A stretch of 64,000 bases of DNA, taken from NCBI GenBank assembly GCA_963766465.1, contig CAVXZT010000014.1, positions 464,370-528,369 of the forward strand. The letters are read 5' to 3'. The notes below the pieces were generated by a model. That model did not search any database. It saw nothing but the letters and a program-made list of their open reading frames with translations, and was not told the origin of the DNA. The position numbers and the translations under genes are program-made. Positions 1 to 11,163 of the stretch are shown here, one piece after another; the first letter of the stretch is position 1; each line of letters opens with the position of its first letter. Origin of the DNA: an uncultured Actinomycetota bacterium (GTDB taxonomy: Bacteria > Actinomycetota > Actinomycetes > Mycobacteriales > Mycobacteriaceae).

Positions 1-236
1 CACCGGCGTCATACCCAGCGTCACCAGGTGGTGGCGGTCCTCGGCGGCCAGGGTGCGCAGAACACGCATCAGCGGGACGTAGGCGGCCGCCCATGACTGG
101 TAGAGCCACTCCTCGCCGACCGGCCAGCGTCCGTGGTGGGCCAGCCATGGCAGATGCGTGCGGAGGACGAGCGTGAACAGGCCCGGGAGCCGGATCGCCG
201 GCGACACGGACCGGGGTACGGGCTCCGAGCTGTCAC
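1..236 (-). CDS. GH57 1,4-alpha-glucan branching enzyme (Rv3031-like), 5' part, runs off window
   Basis: Manual translation of the minus strand gives PGLFTLVLRTHLPWLAHHGRWPVGEEWLYQSWAAAY (GH57 N-terminal motif). GTG at 236, one frameshift near the start. Confidence 0.85.
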
Positions 237-238
237 GG

Positions 239-1036
239 TCAAACCGCTACCGCGACGAGGTCGAGACTCTCATCGATGTCGGCCTCTCGGCCGCCGCTCA
301 TGAGGTCGAAGTGGCGGTTGTCACAGAGGCGACGTCGGCGAGCAGTTCGTTGGGCCGATGTGCATTGGCCAGTGCGCGCGCGATCTGTGCTCGATGATCG
401 AACCGCCGTGGCGCTCGTCGAGCTCGACCAGTGCGGGCGATGAAAAGGTACACCGAGCATTGATCCACCGAAACTAGGTTGCTGAAGCCAGCAGTTCGAG
501 GAAAGCTGAGCGGCGCTCAGCTTCGTGAGCGTGGAACATGATCATTGTACCTGTGCGGGGGAGAAGGTGATCCGGTCGGGGCGTGGACATTGAGGAGCAC
601 GCTGCGAGGCGGCAACAGATGGAGGCACTGCGCGACGAAGCGGCTGTCGTCCCAGATATGTTCGATTAGATCTGGAAGTTGACTCGATCAGGACATCAAG
701 ATCGCCGTCGGGCAGCGGTAGCTCTGCCAGGTCCGGGCGCTGCATGGAAATCTGTGCAATAGCGGTCTTTCACGTGCGCGATGCTGCTGATTCGTCGTAG
801 TCCAGTCCGACCACACGGGCGCGTCTCGTCGGCGATCAGGTCGGCGTTGCAGCCTTGGCCGGAGCCCGCCTCAGGCACGCCGCGCGCGGCGGAGCGAACT
901 GAACGGAGCCCGTCATAGACGATCTCATGGCGGCGGAACTTGTACCATTCCTCCGCCAGCCCGGAAACCGCGAGCTCCCCGGCGAGGGGGTAGTGTGTCG
1001 TCCCGAAGCGGACTGTTGGACACGAAATGCGCTCAT
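239..1036 (-). CDS. Class I SAM-dependent methyltransferase (Rv3030-like), broken by many indels
   Basis: Fragments across frames: MSAF, EEWYKFRRHEIVY, EAGSGQG (SAM motif), DLAELPLPDG, RITFSP, DIDESLDLVAVAV. Divergent from fixA as in other mycobacteria. Confidence 0.8.
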
Positions 1037-1233
1037 CGCAAAGGCAGGCCAACGCGTAGCGGCCGGTCCGCGAAACGCGGGTTCGTGGCTCAGGGGAGGC
1101 CAGAACGAAGACTTCGACCAGCTATGGTGTTCGTCAACCCACTCAATTAACCGTGAGTAACATGGTGGCAGTTGCTTCAAACGTGGTAGTGCAGGCCGCC
1201 CGCCGGCCTTTTGGAGGAGGACGAACCAGAGTC

Positions 1234-2021
1234 ATGACGAACATCGTGGTCCTGATCAGACAGGTCCCTGACACGTGGTCGGAGCGCAAGCTGACCGATG
1301 GCGATTACATCCTCGACCGTGAGGCCGCCGACGCCGTGCTCGACGAGATCAACGAGCGCGCCGTCGAAGAGGCGCTTCTGATCAAGGAGAAGGAAGCCGC
1401 CAGCGGCACCGAGAGCACTGTGACGGTGCTCACAGCCGGTCCCGAGCGCGCGACCGAGGCCATCCGCAAGGCCCTGTCCATGGCTGCCGACAAGGCGGTG
1501 CACCTGCTCGACGAGGTCTGCACGGCTCCGACCTGGTCCAGACGGGCTGGGCGTTGGCCCGCGCACTGGGCACCATCGAGGGCACCGAGTTGGTGATCGA
1601 GGCAACGAGGCCACCGACGGTGTCGGCGGCGCGGTACCGGCCGTCATTGCCGAGTACCTCGGTCTGCCTCAGCTCACCCATCTGCGCAAGGTGTCGGTCG
1701 AAGGCGGCAAGGTCGACGGCGAGCGGGAGACCGACGACGGGGTGTTCACCGTCGAGGCGCCGCTGCCCGCGGTGGTCAGCGTCAACGAGAAGATCAACGA
1801 GCCTCGCTTCCCGTCCTTCAAGGGCATCATGGCCGCAAGAAGAAGGAAGTGACGACGCTGCCGCCGGCAGGTTCGGTGTCGAGGCCGACGAGGTCGGCGT
1901 CCCAACGCGGCTCCAAGGTGATGGCGTCGATCCCCAAGCCTCCGAAGACGCGGGCGAGAAGGTCGCTGACGAAGGCGACGGCGGCAACAAGTCGCCGAGA
2001 ATCTGGTCGCTCAAAAAATGA
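1234..2021 (+). CDS. fixA: Electron transfer flavoprotein beta subunit (FixA/EtfB), several apparent indel errors
   Basis: MTNIVVLIRQVPDTWSERKLTDGD...INERAVEEAL and later fragments SVNEKINEPRFPSFKGIMAA. Confidence 0.93.
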
Positions 2022-2062
2022 TCAGCCGGTAGCCCAGAGACAGAGGAAGACACTGAAGACAC

Positions 2063-3006
2063 ATGGCTGAAGTACTGGTGCTCGTCGAGCACGCTGCTGG
2101 GGCGCCGAAGAAGATAAGCGCCGAAACGATCGCCGCCGCCCGAAGCTGGCGAGCCTTCGCCGTCGTCGTCGGCAAGTCCGGCACGGCAGCGCCGCTGACC
2201 GACGGCTGAAGGAAGCCGGCGTCGCCAAGATCTACGTCGCCGAGTCCGACGACGCGAGAACTATCTGATCGGCACGTATGTGGACGTGCTGGCTTCGCTG
2301 GTCGAGTCGGCCCCCGGCGGCCGTGGTGCGGCCGCCAGCGCCGACGCAAGGAGATAGGCGGCCGCCTGGCCGCCCGCCTTGGCTTCGGCCTGCTGGTGGA
2401 CGTCGTCGAGGTCGAAGAAAGTGCAGTGGGCGTGCACTCCATCTTCGGTGGCGCCTCCATCGTCGAGGCCCAGGCCAACGGTGACACCCGGTGATCAACT
2501 GCGCCCCGGCGCGATCGAGGCCGAGCCCACCGCCGGTGCCCGCGAGGTCGCCAATGTCAGGGTGCCCGCACAGGCCGAAAATGCGACGAAGATGACCAAG
2601 CGCGAGCCCGTCGTGGCCGGCGACCGTCCAGCGCTCACCGAGGCCACCGTCGTGGTGTCCGGTGGCCGTGGTGTCGGCAGCGCCGAAAACTTCAGCGTGG
2701 TCGAGGAATTGGCTGACTCGCTGGGTGCCGCCGTCGGCGCGTCGCGTGCGCCGTCGACTCCGGCTACTACCCGGGCCAGTTCCAGGTGGCCGACCGGTAA
2801 GACCGTGTCGCCGCAGCTGTACATCGCACTGGGTATCTCCGGAGCGATCCAGCACCGCGCCGGCATGCAGACGTCGAAGACGATCATCGCGGTGAACAAG
2901 GACGAAGAAGCGCCGATCTTCGAGATCGCCGACCTGGGCATCGTCGGTGACACTGTTCAAGGTCGCACCGCAGCTGACCGAGGCGGTCAAGGCCCGCAAG
3001 GGCTGA
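2063..3006 (+). CDS. fixB: Electron transfer flavoprotein alpha subunit (FixB/EtfA), several apparent indel errors
   Basis: [10 protein letters not shown] start, then [20 protein letters not shown] and [37 protein letters not shown]. Confidence 0.93.
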
Positions 3007-3028
3007 TTTTCGCGGTTTCCGCGCGATC

Positions 3029-3068
3029 GGGCGCGTTTGGGTGTGTCCTTGCACACTCCAGCGCGCCC
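3029..3068. repeat. Intergenic stem-loop (REP-like or terminator) after fixB
   Basis: GGGCGCG...GTGTG-loop-CACAC...CGCGCCC imperfect inverted repeat, in a low-quality zone. Confidence 0.4.
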
Positions 3069-3144
3069 AATTCGTCATTTAACGTGCACGAACACGCCAC
3101 ACAGGCGTTGGAGTCCCGCTGTCCGGCTGGGCGAGCGTGCAGCC

Positions 3145-3990
3145 ATGAGCGCTGCTCTGTACTCATCGCCGCAGATCCGCGACCCTGTCTACTGACACCT
3201 CCCGCTACACCCTGCTGCTGTCCACCGACCCTGCGCTCATCGAGGCCGCGCAGCGTCTTCGTCACGACGTCTTCACCTCCGAGCCCGGATCCGAACTGCC
3301 CGGCGCCATGACGGTCTGGACGCCGACCGCTTCGACGAGCATGCGATCACCTGTGGTTCGCGAGGAAAACTCCGGCGAACTGGTCGGCTGCTATCGGATG
3401 CTGCCACCACCGGGAGCAATCGCCGCCGGAAGTCTTAGACCGCAACGGAGTTCGATGTCGCGGGCCTTGATGCGCTGCGGCCGTCGCTGTCGAAATGGGC
3501 CGCGCCGTGGTGCGCGAGGATCAACTGCAACGGCGGCGTTGTGCCGCTGATGTGGGCAGGAGTACTGTTCTAGGTGGGAACTGCTGCGGGGTAGGATGAT
3601 GTCAGCGGTCTCAGAGTGTCAGCGCCCGTACAGGGCTCCATCAGGACGAAGCGCCTGGGAGCGAGATCCGTGGGCGTGCGCGACCTGGTGCCGGTGGCTT
3701 CATGAGCCGTCCGAGCGGAAGAACAGCGCGGACCCCGACGGGCCGGCGACGGTCGACGGCAGGGTCTTCGATGATATCGAGCCTGCTGCATGGGTGGCGG
3801 TGCGTTGCGATGCGTGGTCAACCGCGGGCTGGCGTTCGAGGCGCGCGGGCGTGGCCGCCCGACGGCACCCGACTCCTCGGTCGGCGACTTTCCGGCGCTG
3901 GTGGACAAGCGCCGGGCCGAGACCGCCTACCTGAAGAGGCTGGCGCGACGGGGGGGGCGGCGGTCGCGATGGGCCGACGGGACGTCGCGA
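3145..3990 (+). CDS. GNAT-fold N-acyltransferase, OlsB-like (Rv3027c-like), heavily garbled
   Basis: Fragments [71 protein letters not shown]. End approximate. Confidence 0.8.
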
Positions 3991-4865
3991 CGACGGTCGA
4001 GCATGTCTGGTCCGCCTGCGGGCGACGTGCGCACGCCAGCCGCGCGTGCACCGGCGTACCCCCGGCTGGCGAGCGTGTAGTCGTTCGCGTGGCGGATCGT
4101 GCGCGGGCCATGTTCGCGGTGATGAAGTTGTCAAGGACGCCCTCGCCGGGCTGTTCTGATGTCGGGCCGTTCACAGATCCAGCGTGGCGATCTGCTGACT
4201 GATGCTGTGCCCCCTCGGGATACGGGTCACTGTGTCCGGTGGGCTGATTGGGAACCCGCGTGGCGCTCTGGTTGTCAGCGGACATCTCTCTTGGGTGGAC
4301 ATCTTCGTGATTGGTGCTGTTATACGCCAGGTAGGTTGGTCGTCGGCGCTGATGCTCGTCGAGCTGGTTTGGCCTTGGTACGCTTGTCCTGCTCGACGAG
4401 AAGGCGATCCTGATCGACGTGCCAGCCTGCGCTTCGGCGACCTGACGTCGTCGGCACCGTCGCGGCCTTGTTGCGCGCAGGCGAGACGGTTCGTCGCACT
4501 CCCTGAAGGGAACCACCTGGCGCGGGTCGGCGTACGGGCTGTTCTGCCCCGCGATGTTCCAGGTCGCGGTCGACCGAAGGACGGGCTGGCTTTCCAGCTT
4601 GCTGCGGCTGAGCGATCACGAACCGCCAACGGCAGAAGGCCGTCGACACGGGCGGCCTGATGCGTCCGGCGATGATATGTCAACGGCGTCGCATCCCCCT
4701 GCTGCCGTTGTACGCCCGTGCCGCATGCGGTCGATGCCCTAGGTCGAGTCCGGCCGGGGAGCTCGCTCAAGGAACCTGTTTGTGGGACTCGGCGGCTCGC
4801 TGCGAAGTCGCGGTCCGCGGCGACGCATCGGCGCGCCGGAAGATGCCCATGCCCTGGTGGCGGAA
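3990..4865 (+). CDS. Lysophospholipid acyltransferase family protein, OlsA/PlsC-like (Rv3026c-like), heavily garbled
   Basis: GIRVTVSG...ALVVSGHLSWVDIFVIG (HX4D motif), FVALPEG, AMFQ. Boundaries approximate. Confidence 0.75.
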
Positions 4866-4901
4866 CCTCGGAGCGGTACGGTTGTTCGACGGCCTGCGAC
4901 C

Positions 4902-6177
4902 ATGGCAACGGTGACGACCTCGAACAAGACGGTCCGCATCTCGTACCACGCCGCTGACCAGCTCGATGAATCCTGCTGCCTACGAGGTGATGATTGCTGA
5001 ACTGGCGACGGTCGGCTATGGTTGTCGCCGCACGGTACTGGCTGGGTCGCGGTGCCGCTTGCATGGTAGGAAGCCTTTGAGTCGACTGGTTTGACCTGCT
5101 CGGCGTGCTGTTCCTCGGAGGTGATCCTCGACCGCGGGCGACTCTGAAGAGCGAGGAACCCCGCGAGGGAGCACCGCTACTGGCCCTGATGTGACTCGTC
5201 GCTGCGCAGCGGCGCAGGGAGGAACTGCGGCACCCCCATCGTTGAGCAACTACGTCGTTCTCGGTACGCGGCGGAGCTGGCTGCGGGATCGACGAAGGGG
5301 CGCCGAGGTCATGCGGCCGCTGAAGTTTGGCGACGACGGGCACCGTCGTGCCCGCTGCGCCTCGAAGAAGCGTTGCAGGAAGTCGACGACGACGTCGTGC
5401 TCGCGTCGATCATGTGGCCAAAGAACCAGTTGGTACGATCCCGTCGATCCCCGAATGAGTGTGTGATTCCGGAGCGGGAACCGATGTTCCTATGCACAGT
5501 GACGTTACTCAGGTGAACGGTCACATCCTCCTGTTCGACTTCAAGGCCAGCGGCCTGATCGGCCATGAGCGTCGCAGTCTACTAGTCCGGCCTCGCCCCA
5601 CGGGGCGTCGCCGGCGCTGCTGCTGGTCTGCTCGCCACGCAGCGGTCCGGCGCCGGTGCCCGCACGGTGGTGGCGAGGAAACGCGACAACCGTCCCGTCC
5701 GGGACATCCGATGTCTCGCTGGGCGGCGGGTGGCAATGGCGGCCGCCGCCAACCCCGTGATTGAGGGCTTGGCGGCCAACAGCGCTCGCGTGCAGACGTT
5801 GCGCGACCGGTTGATCGACGGCGTGCTGTCGACGATCGATGACGCGTACCTCAACGGCGCCACCGGTGATATGCGTCTGCCCGGCAACACCCACTTCACC
5901 TTCCGCGGCTGCGAAGGGCGATTCCCTGTTGATGCTGTTGGACGCCAAGGGCATCGAGTGCTCGACGGGCTCGGCGTGCACCGCAGGTGTCGCGCAGCCG
6001 TCGCATGTGCTGCTCGCGATGGGCGCCGACCCGGACAGCGCGCGCGGCTCGCTGCGGTTGTCGTTGGGCCACACCAGCACCGAGGCCGACGTCGACGCGG
6101 CGTTGGCGGTACTGCCCGCTGCGGTTGAGCGGGCGCGCCAGGCTGCGCTCGCCAGCGCGGGAGCGGCCAAGCAATGA
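4902..6177 (+). CDS. iscS: Cysteine desulfurase IscS/NifS, 5' half heavily garbled
   Basis: Clean C-terminus: [48 protein letters not shown]. Directly upstream of mnmA. Confidence 0.88.
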
Positions 6178-7280
6178 GGGTGCTCGTCGCAATGAGCGGC
6201 GGCGTCGACTCATCGGTCGCCGCCGCGAGGATGGTCGACGCGGGTCACGACGTCGTCGGCGTGCACCTGGCGCTGTCAGCCGCGCCGGGCACGCTGCGCA
6301 CCGGATCGCGTGGCTGCTGCTCGAAAGAGGATGCCGGCGACGCCCGGCGCGTCGCCGATGTGCTGGAGATCCCGTTCTACGTCTGGGATTTCGCCGACCG
6401 CTTCAAAGAAGACGTGATCGACGACTTCGTCGTCGTCCTACGAACGCGGCGAGACCCCGAATCCGTGCGTGCGGTGCAACGAGCGAATCAAGTTCTCGGC
6501 GTTGGCGGCTCGCGCGCTGGCGCTGGGCTTCGACGCCGTCGCAACCGGCCATTACGCGCGGCTGTCCGGTGGCCGACTGCGCCGCGCCGTCGACGCTGAC
6601 AAGGACCAGTCGTACGTGCTTGGCGTGTTGACCGCCGAGCAGCTGCGCCACGCGGCCTTTCCGATCGGCGACACACTTCCAGGCGCAGATCCATCGAGGG
6701 GCCGCCACGCCGGGGGCTGGCGGTGACCAAGAAGCCTGACAGCCACGACGTCGTCTGCTTCATCCCGTCCAGCAATATCTCCGCGCATTCCTCGAGGCGC
6801 GCAATAGGGCGTGCGCCGGGGTACGATGTCGACGCCGCGGCACCGTGCTCGCCGAACACGATGGTGTGCACAGCTAGGGGATCGGTCAGCGCAAGGGCCT
6901 TGGCATCGCAGGGCCGGGGCCCGACGGGCGCCCGCGTTACGTAACGAGGATCGACGCGGACGCCGGCACGGTGCACGTCGGTGAGGCCGGCGACCTCGAG
7001 GGTGCGCAGGCTGACCAGCGAGCGTCCCAGTGTTCACCTACGTGGCTCGCCGGCCGGAGCGGTGGAGTGCGGGGACTGCACAGGTTCGTCCGCACGGAGA
7101 AAGAGTACATCTTCGCCAACCGCATCGCCGAGCTGGGCGATCGGCGACTCGTCGTCGACCTGCGCACCACGCTGCGTGGCGTGGACCAGGGCCGAGACGA
7201 TGGTGCCTCTGCCGGCCCGACCCAACAGCGACGAAGTCCTCGGCAGCGCGACGATCACGCTGACGACGGCGACTTCATAG
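6174..7280 (+). CDS. mnmA: tRNA 2-thiouridylase MnmA, multiple apparent indel errors
   Basis: [18 protein letters not shown] (SGGxDS), [31 protein letters not shown]. Confidence 0.92.
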
Positions 7281-7353
7281 GGAAACACCCGATTAGTCGG
7301 CGGTACGACGCCGATACGGTCGAGGTGACGACCGCTTCGACCGTTTCACGGGG

Positions 7354-8433
7354 GTGGATTCCATGCTCAGCGCACGCACTCTGAGCGCTCTGGCGTTGAT
7401 GTGCATCGTGGCCGGCTGCGGTGGGCCCGGTCGCGACTCCACTGTCACCGGCTCTGTCGGGGCGTCGAGCACCACCACTGCCGGTGTTGCCGGCGGCGCA
7501 CTGTTCACCGCGACCCAGCCGTGGACGACCGACGTCGCCAGCGCGGAGAAGTCGGATCGCAGCGATGCCATCATCGCCGCGCTGAACGCCGGGGGAGGCT
7601 GGGGCAACGACAACAAGCTTCAGACCGACTTCGCGATCACGGTGTTCGAGGCCGACGCGACAAGTCCCCGTGTCCAAGTGGTTGCCAACCCCGACGAATA
7701 CTGTTTCGGCGGCCCGGACTGCGACAAGGTGCCCGCCGAGATGCCGGTTCCGGAGGGCGCCACCGTTGAGGGTTCCGAGGACCTCTCCTGCGACATCTCG
7801 GGCGAGACAGAAGGTCAGGGCGATTGTCACCTGCTGGTGGTGGACCGCAGCGGGCACAAGCTCTACGAGACCTACCAGACCAGCAAGCAGGGCGACGAGC
7901 TGACGACGGGTGCGATGTTCGTGTGGGAGCTCGACAAGGAATACCCGGAGACGCTGCGAGGTGACCAGTGCACCAGCGCCGACGCCGCCGGATTCCCCAT
8001 CGCCGCGCTCACACCCACCGCCGACGAAGTGGCCAGTGGTGAACTCGCACACGCCATTCGGTTCATCCTTCCGAACGACAGAATGAAGGAAGGCGTCTAC
8101 GTGCGGCCTGCAACACATGCAGGTGGACCGGAGAGTGCCGACCCGAACGCCCCGCCGTACGGCGTGAGATTCCGGCTGAAGTCGGACTTCGACGACTCCT
8201 CGTACAACGACGCCGAGAAGACCGTCATCGCGGCAATGAAGAAGTACGGGATGCTGCTGTCCGATGGAGGTGAGATCGCGCTGACCTTCGCCGACGACCG
8301 CACCAGCACGGCCAAGTGGTCGGACCTCAACATCGATGCGCAGTCGTTCACCGACATTGCACCCGATCAGTTCGAGGTGGTGGAACTCGGCGAAGAGGTA
8401 CCGCTCACCTACGACTGCGTGCGCAATCCCTGA
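7354..8433 (+). CDS. Uncharacterised secreted lipoprotein (359 aa)
   Basis: Intact ORF with hydrophobic signal, lipobox VAG-C, Thr/Ser/Gly linker and an acidic globular domain (PWTTDV, GDCHLLVVD, CTSADAAGFP, HAIRF, PPYGVRFRLK, KKYGMLLSDGG). Alternative start ATG 7363. Confidence 0.8.
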   Translation: MDSMLSARTLSALALMCIVAGCGGPGRDSTVTGSVGASSTTTAGVAGGALFTATQPWTTDVASAEKSDRSDAIIAALNAGGGWGNDNKLQTDFAITVFEADATSPRVQVVANPDEYCFGGPDCDKVPAEMPVPEGATVEGSEDLSCDISGETEGQGDCHLLVVDRSGHKLYETYQTSKQGDELTTGAMFVWELDKEYPETLRGDQCTSADAAGFPIAALTPTADEVASGELAHAIRFILPNDRMKEGVYVRPATHAGGPESADPNAPPYGVRFRLKSDFDDSSYNDAEKTVIAAMKKYGMLLSDGGEIALTFADDRTSTAKWSDLNIDAQSFTDIAPDQFEVVELGEEVPLTYDCVRNP

Positions 8434-8454
8434 GCACAGATACCTCGAGGTCCC

Positions 8455-9099
8455 CTAATTCGGAACCTTGGCCAGAATGTTGGTCATCACTATGTCGGGC
8501 ACTGCGCCGGGGAATGCACAGGCCGTCACCTCGACGAGCACCACGTTTTTCACGCGGTAGTCCCGCCCGCAGCCGTTGCCGGGACGCGTCTGCAATGAGT
8601 CGGTCGTGGCTCGTCCAATCGCCGACGAACATCGGCCCCAACGTCGTCGAGGCACAGCCGTCGATGAGGGGCGACCAAGCCGTCGAACGCGCGGCGGGCA
8701 GTCGCGGGGTCGCGGTAGGCCGCCGCGCCCTGGGAGATCAGACCGCCGCGGGGTGGATTCTGAAACGTCGTCTTGTGAAACTCCTCAAAATCACGGCCGA
8801 ACGTCTGGCTCTCTTCGAAGACCCATTGGCATTGTGGCGGAGTGGTTTTCGCAAGTTGATCGATGTCGACCGGGATTTTTCCATCCATGCTGGGGATGAT
8901 CGTCAGGTCGTCGCCGGCTCCCGGTGATCGCCCGCATCTGCGACTGGTCGAGCATGAGCAGCTCGACATCGACCGGGGACCGCGAATCGTCGTCGAGCCC
9001 GGGACCGACCGCATCGCAGGGCCAGTGACCGAGTGGCAGCACCCCGCGCGAGAACCGCCGCCACACCCCAGACCGCCAACGGTCTGGCAGCTGGGGCAT
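8455..9099 (-). CDS. PknH-like extracellular sensor-domain lipoprotein (LpqA/Rv3016-like), frameshifted
   Basis: LLMLDQSQMRAITG...PPQCQWVFEESQTFG...ISQGAAAYRDPATARRAFDGL...CGRDYRVKNVVLVEVTAC. Divergent from the Rv3015c homolog. Confidence 0.75.
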
Positions 9100-9146
9100 G
9101 ACCTCCCCTTCCCATCGAGTTAGCCCGATCGAATAGTGTTCAACGA

Positions 9147-10154
9147 GTGAGTGTTTTCGCCGCCGCTACCGGCATCGGATCGTGGCCGGGCACATCGCCG
9201 CGCCAAGCCGCCGAGATCGTGGTCGGTGAACTGCACACCCTGCCGCATCTCGTTGAGCTGCCCGCCCGAGGCGTCGGCGCGGACATGATCGGGCGCGCCG
9301 GTGCGCTGCTCGTCGACATCGGGATCGACACCGTGCCGCGTGGCTACCGGATCGCCCCCGGACGCAGCGCGGTGGTGCGACGGGCCGTCAGCCTGCTCAA
9401 TGAAGACCTCGATGCGCTCGAAGAGGCGTGGGAGAACGCCGGACTGCGCGGCGGCACCCGCACGGTGAAAGTGCAATCCCCGGGCCCGATCACACTGGCC
9501 GCCCAGCTCGAGTTACCCGGCGGCCACCGCGCGATTACGGACGCGGGCGCGGTGCGCGACCTGACCGCGTCACTGGCCGAGGGCGTCGCCCACCACCGCG
9601 CGAGCTCGCCAGGCGGCTCGAACCACCGGTGGTGGTGCAGTTCGATGAACCGCTGCTGCCGGCGGCGCTCCAGGGCAGGCTGACCGGGGTGACCAGCTTT
9701 ACGCCGGTGCATCCGGTCGACGAGCCCGTCGCGATCGGGCTGATGGATGACTGCGTCGCAACGGTCGGGGCCGAGGTGGCGTTACACAGCTGTGCGGCCG
9801 GCCTACCGTGGAAAGCCTTGCAGCGCAGCGGTATTCACGCGGTATCGGTCGACGTGTCGACGCTTACCCCAGCTGATCTCGACGGGGTCGGGGAATTCGT
9901 CGAAACCGGCCGCACCGTGCTGCTCGGCGTCGTCCCGACGACCGCACCGACGGCGCGGCCGTCGTCCGAAGAGGTCGCGAAGGCGGCGGTCGGGTCACCG
10001 ACGGCCCGGGTTCGCGCGGTCCGTGTTGCGTGCGCAGATCGGCGTTTCGCCGGCATGCGGGCTGGCGGGGGCCACGCCGGAATGGGCTCGTAACGCCATC
10101 GAGCTGGCGCAGAAGGCGGCCGACGCGTTCGCCGAGGATCCAGACGCGATCTAG
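9147..10154 (+). CDS. Cobalamin-independent methionine synthase catalytic-domain protein (Rv3015c-like), frameshifts near 9600 and 9995
   Basis: ATGIGSWPG, VKVQSPGPITLAA, VVVQFDEP, ALHSCA, VLLGVVP, IGVSPACGLAGA. Confidence 0.85.
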
Positions 10155-10161
10155 TGGCGAC

Positions 10162-10223
10162 GCAACTAAAAGGTTGCGCTTCAGCCCGATCGTCGCTACG
10201 GTGATAAGCAACCAGGAGGTTGC
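10162..10223 (+). promoter_or_regulatory. Two GCAAC(C/T)-N4-GGTTGC palindromes around a TTGCGC-N17-TACGGT promoter; probable ArsR operators
   Basis: GCAACTAAAAGGTTGC 10162-10177 and GCAACCAGGAGGTTGC 10208-10223; -35 at 10174-10179, -10 at 10197-10202. Confidence 0.7.
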
Positions 10224-10237
10224 ATATGGAGGGGACT

Positions 10238-10730
10238 ATGAGTACGGATCGGATCGAGAAGGAAGTTCTGCTGAAGGCGCCGCTGGACCGGGTCTGGCGG
10301 GCCATCAGCGACGCCGACGAGTTCGGCCAATGGTTCGGGGTGCGCTTCGACGGGCCGTTCGTAGCCGGGACCTCGGTGACCGGGGCCATCACACCGACGA
10401 CGGTCGACGAGATGTCGGGCGGAGCAGGAGCCGCACGCCGGCAAGGCGGACACCTGGCAGATCGTCGCGGTGGAGCCGCAACGGCGGCTGGCGTTCCGTT
10501 GGCACCCGTCCGCGGTCGAGGACGGCACCGACTACTCGAAGGAGCCGACCACGCTGGTGGAGTTCACCCTCGAAGACACCGCCGACGGCGTGCTGCTGCG
10601 CATCGTCGAATCCGGGTTCGAGGCCATCCCGGCCGAGCGCCGGGCATCGGCGTTCGAGGGCAACAGCGAGGGCTGGGCCGCGCAGACCGAGCTGGTGCGC
10701 AAGTACCTGGCGCTCAGCGAGAAGGTGTGA
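10238..10730 (+). CDS. SRPBCC/START (AHSA1-like) domain protein, one frameshift near 10420
   Basis: MSTDRIEKEVLLKAPLDRVWRAISDADEFGQWFG...EPQRRLAFRWHP...TLVEFTLEDTADGVLLRIVESGF...GW. Confidence 0.88.
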
Positions 10731-11054
10731 GCACGTCCGCCGTCGCGTCGCCAAGGCGCAGGTGTTCGACGCGCTCGGCGATCCGAATCGCCTGCGCATC
10801 GTCACCCGGCTGTGCGACGGCGGACCGTGCTCGACTCGCAATTCACGCGGTGATTCCGGTGAGCCGACAGGCGGCAACCAAACATCTGCTGCTGCTGGAG
10901 GCGGTGGGGCTGGTGAGCAGTCAGCGTCATGGCAGGGAACGCATCTGGCGGGTGCAGCCGAAGCCGCTGACCGATGCGAGCGAATACTTCACCGCGTTTG
11001 CAACGCTGGGACAAGGCGATCGACCGATTGCGCGCCTACGTCGAGGAGAATTGA
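10727..11054 (+). CDS. ArsR/SmtB family transcriptional regulator, frameshifted
   Basis: VFDALGDPNRLRIVTRL...VSRQAATKHLLLLEAVGLVSSQRHGRERIWRV. GTGA overlap with the SRPBCC stop. Confidence 0.88.
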
Positions 11055-11163
11055 CGTTCGGCACAATCTTCGCGCGTTCGTGGAAGGGCGGCCAAGCACG
11101 GCTTCGCGTGCAACAATGCACTACGACAACTTCGCTGCATCTTGCCACCCGCAGGAGAGAACT

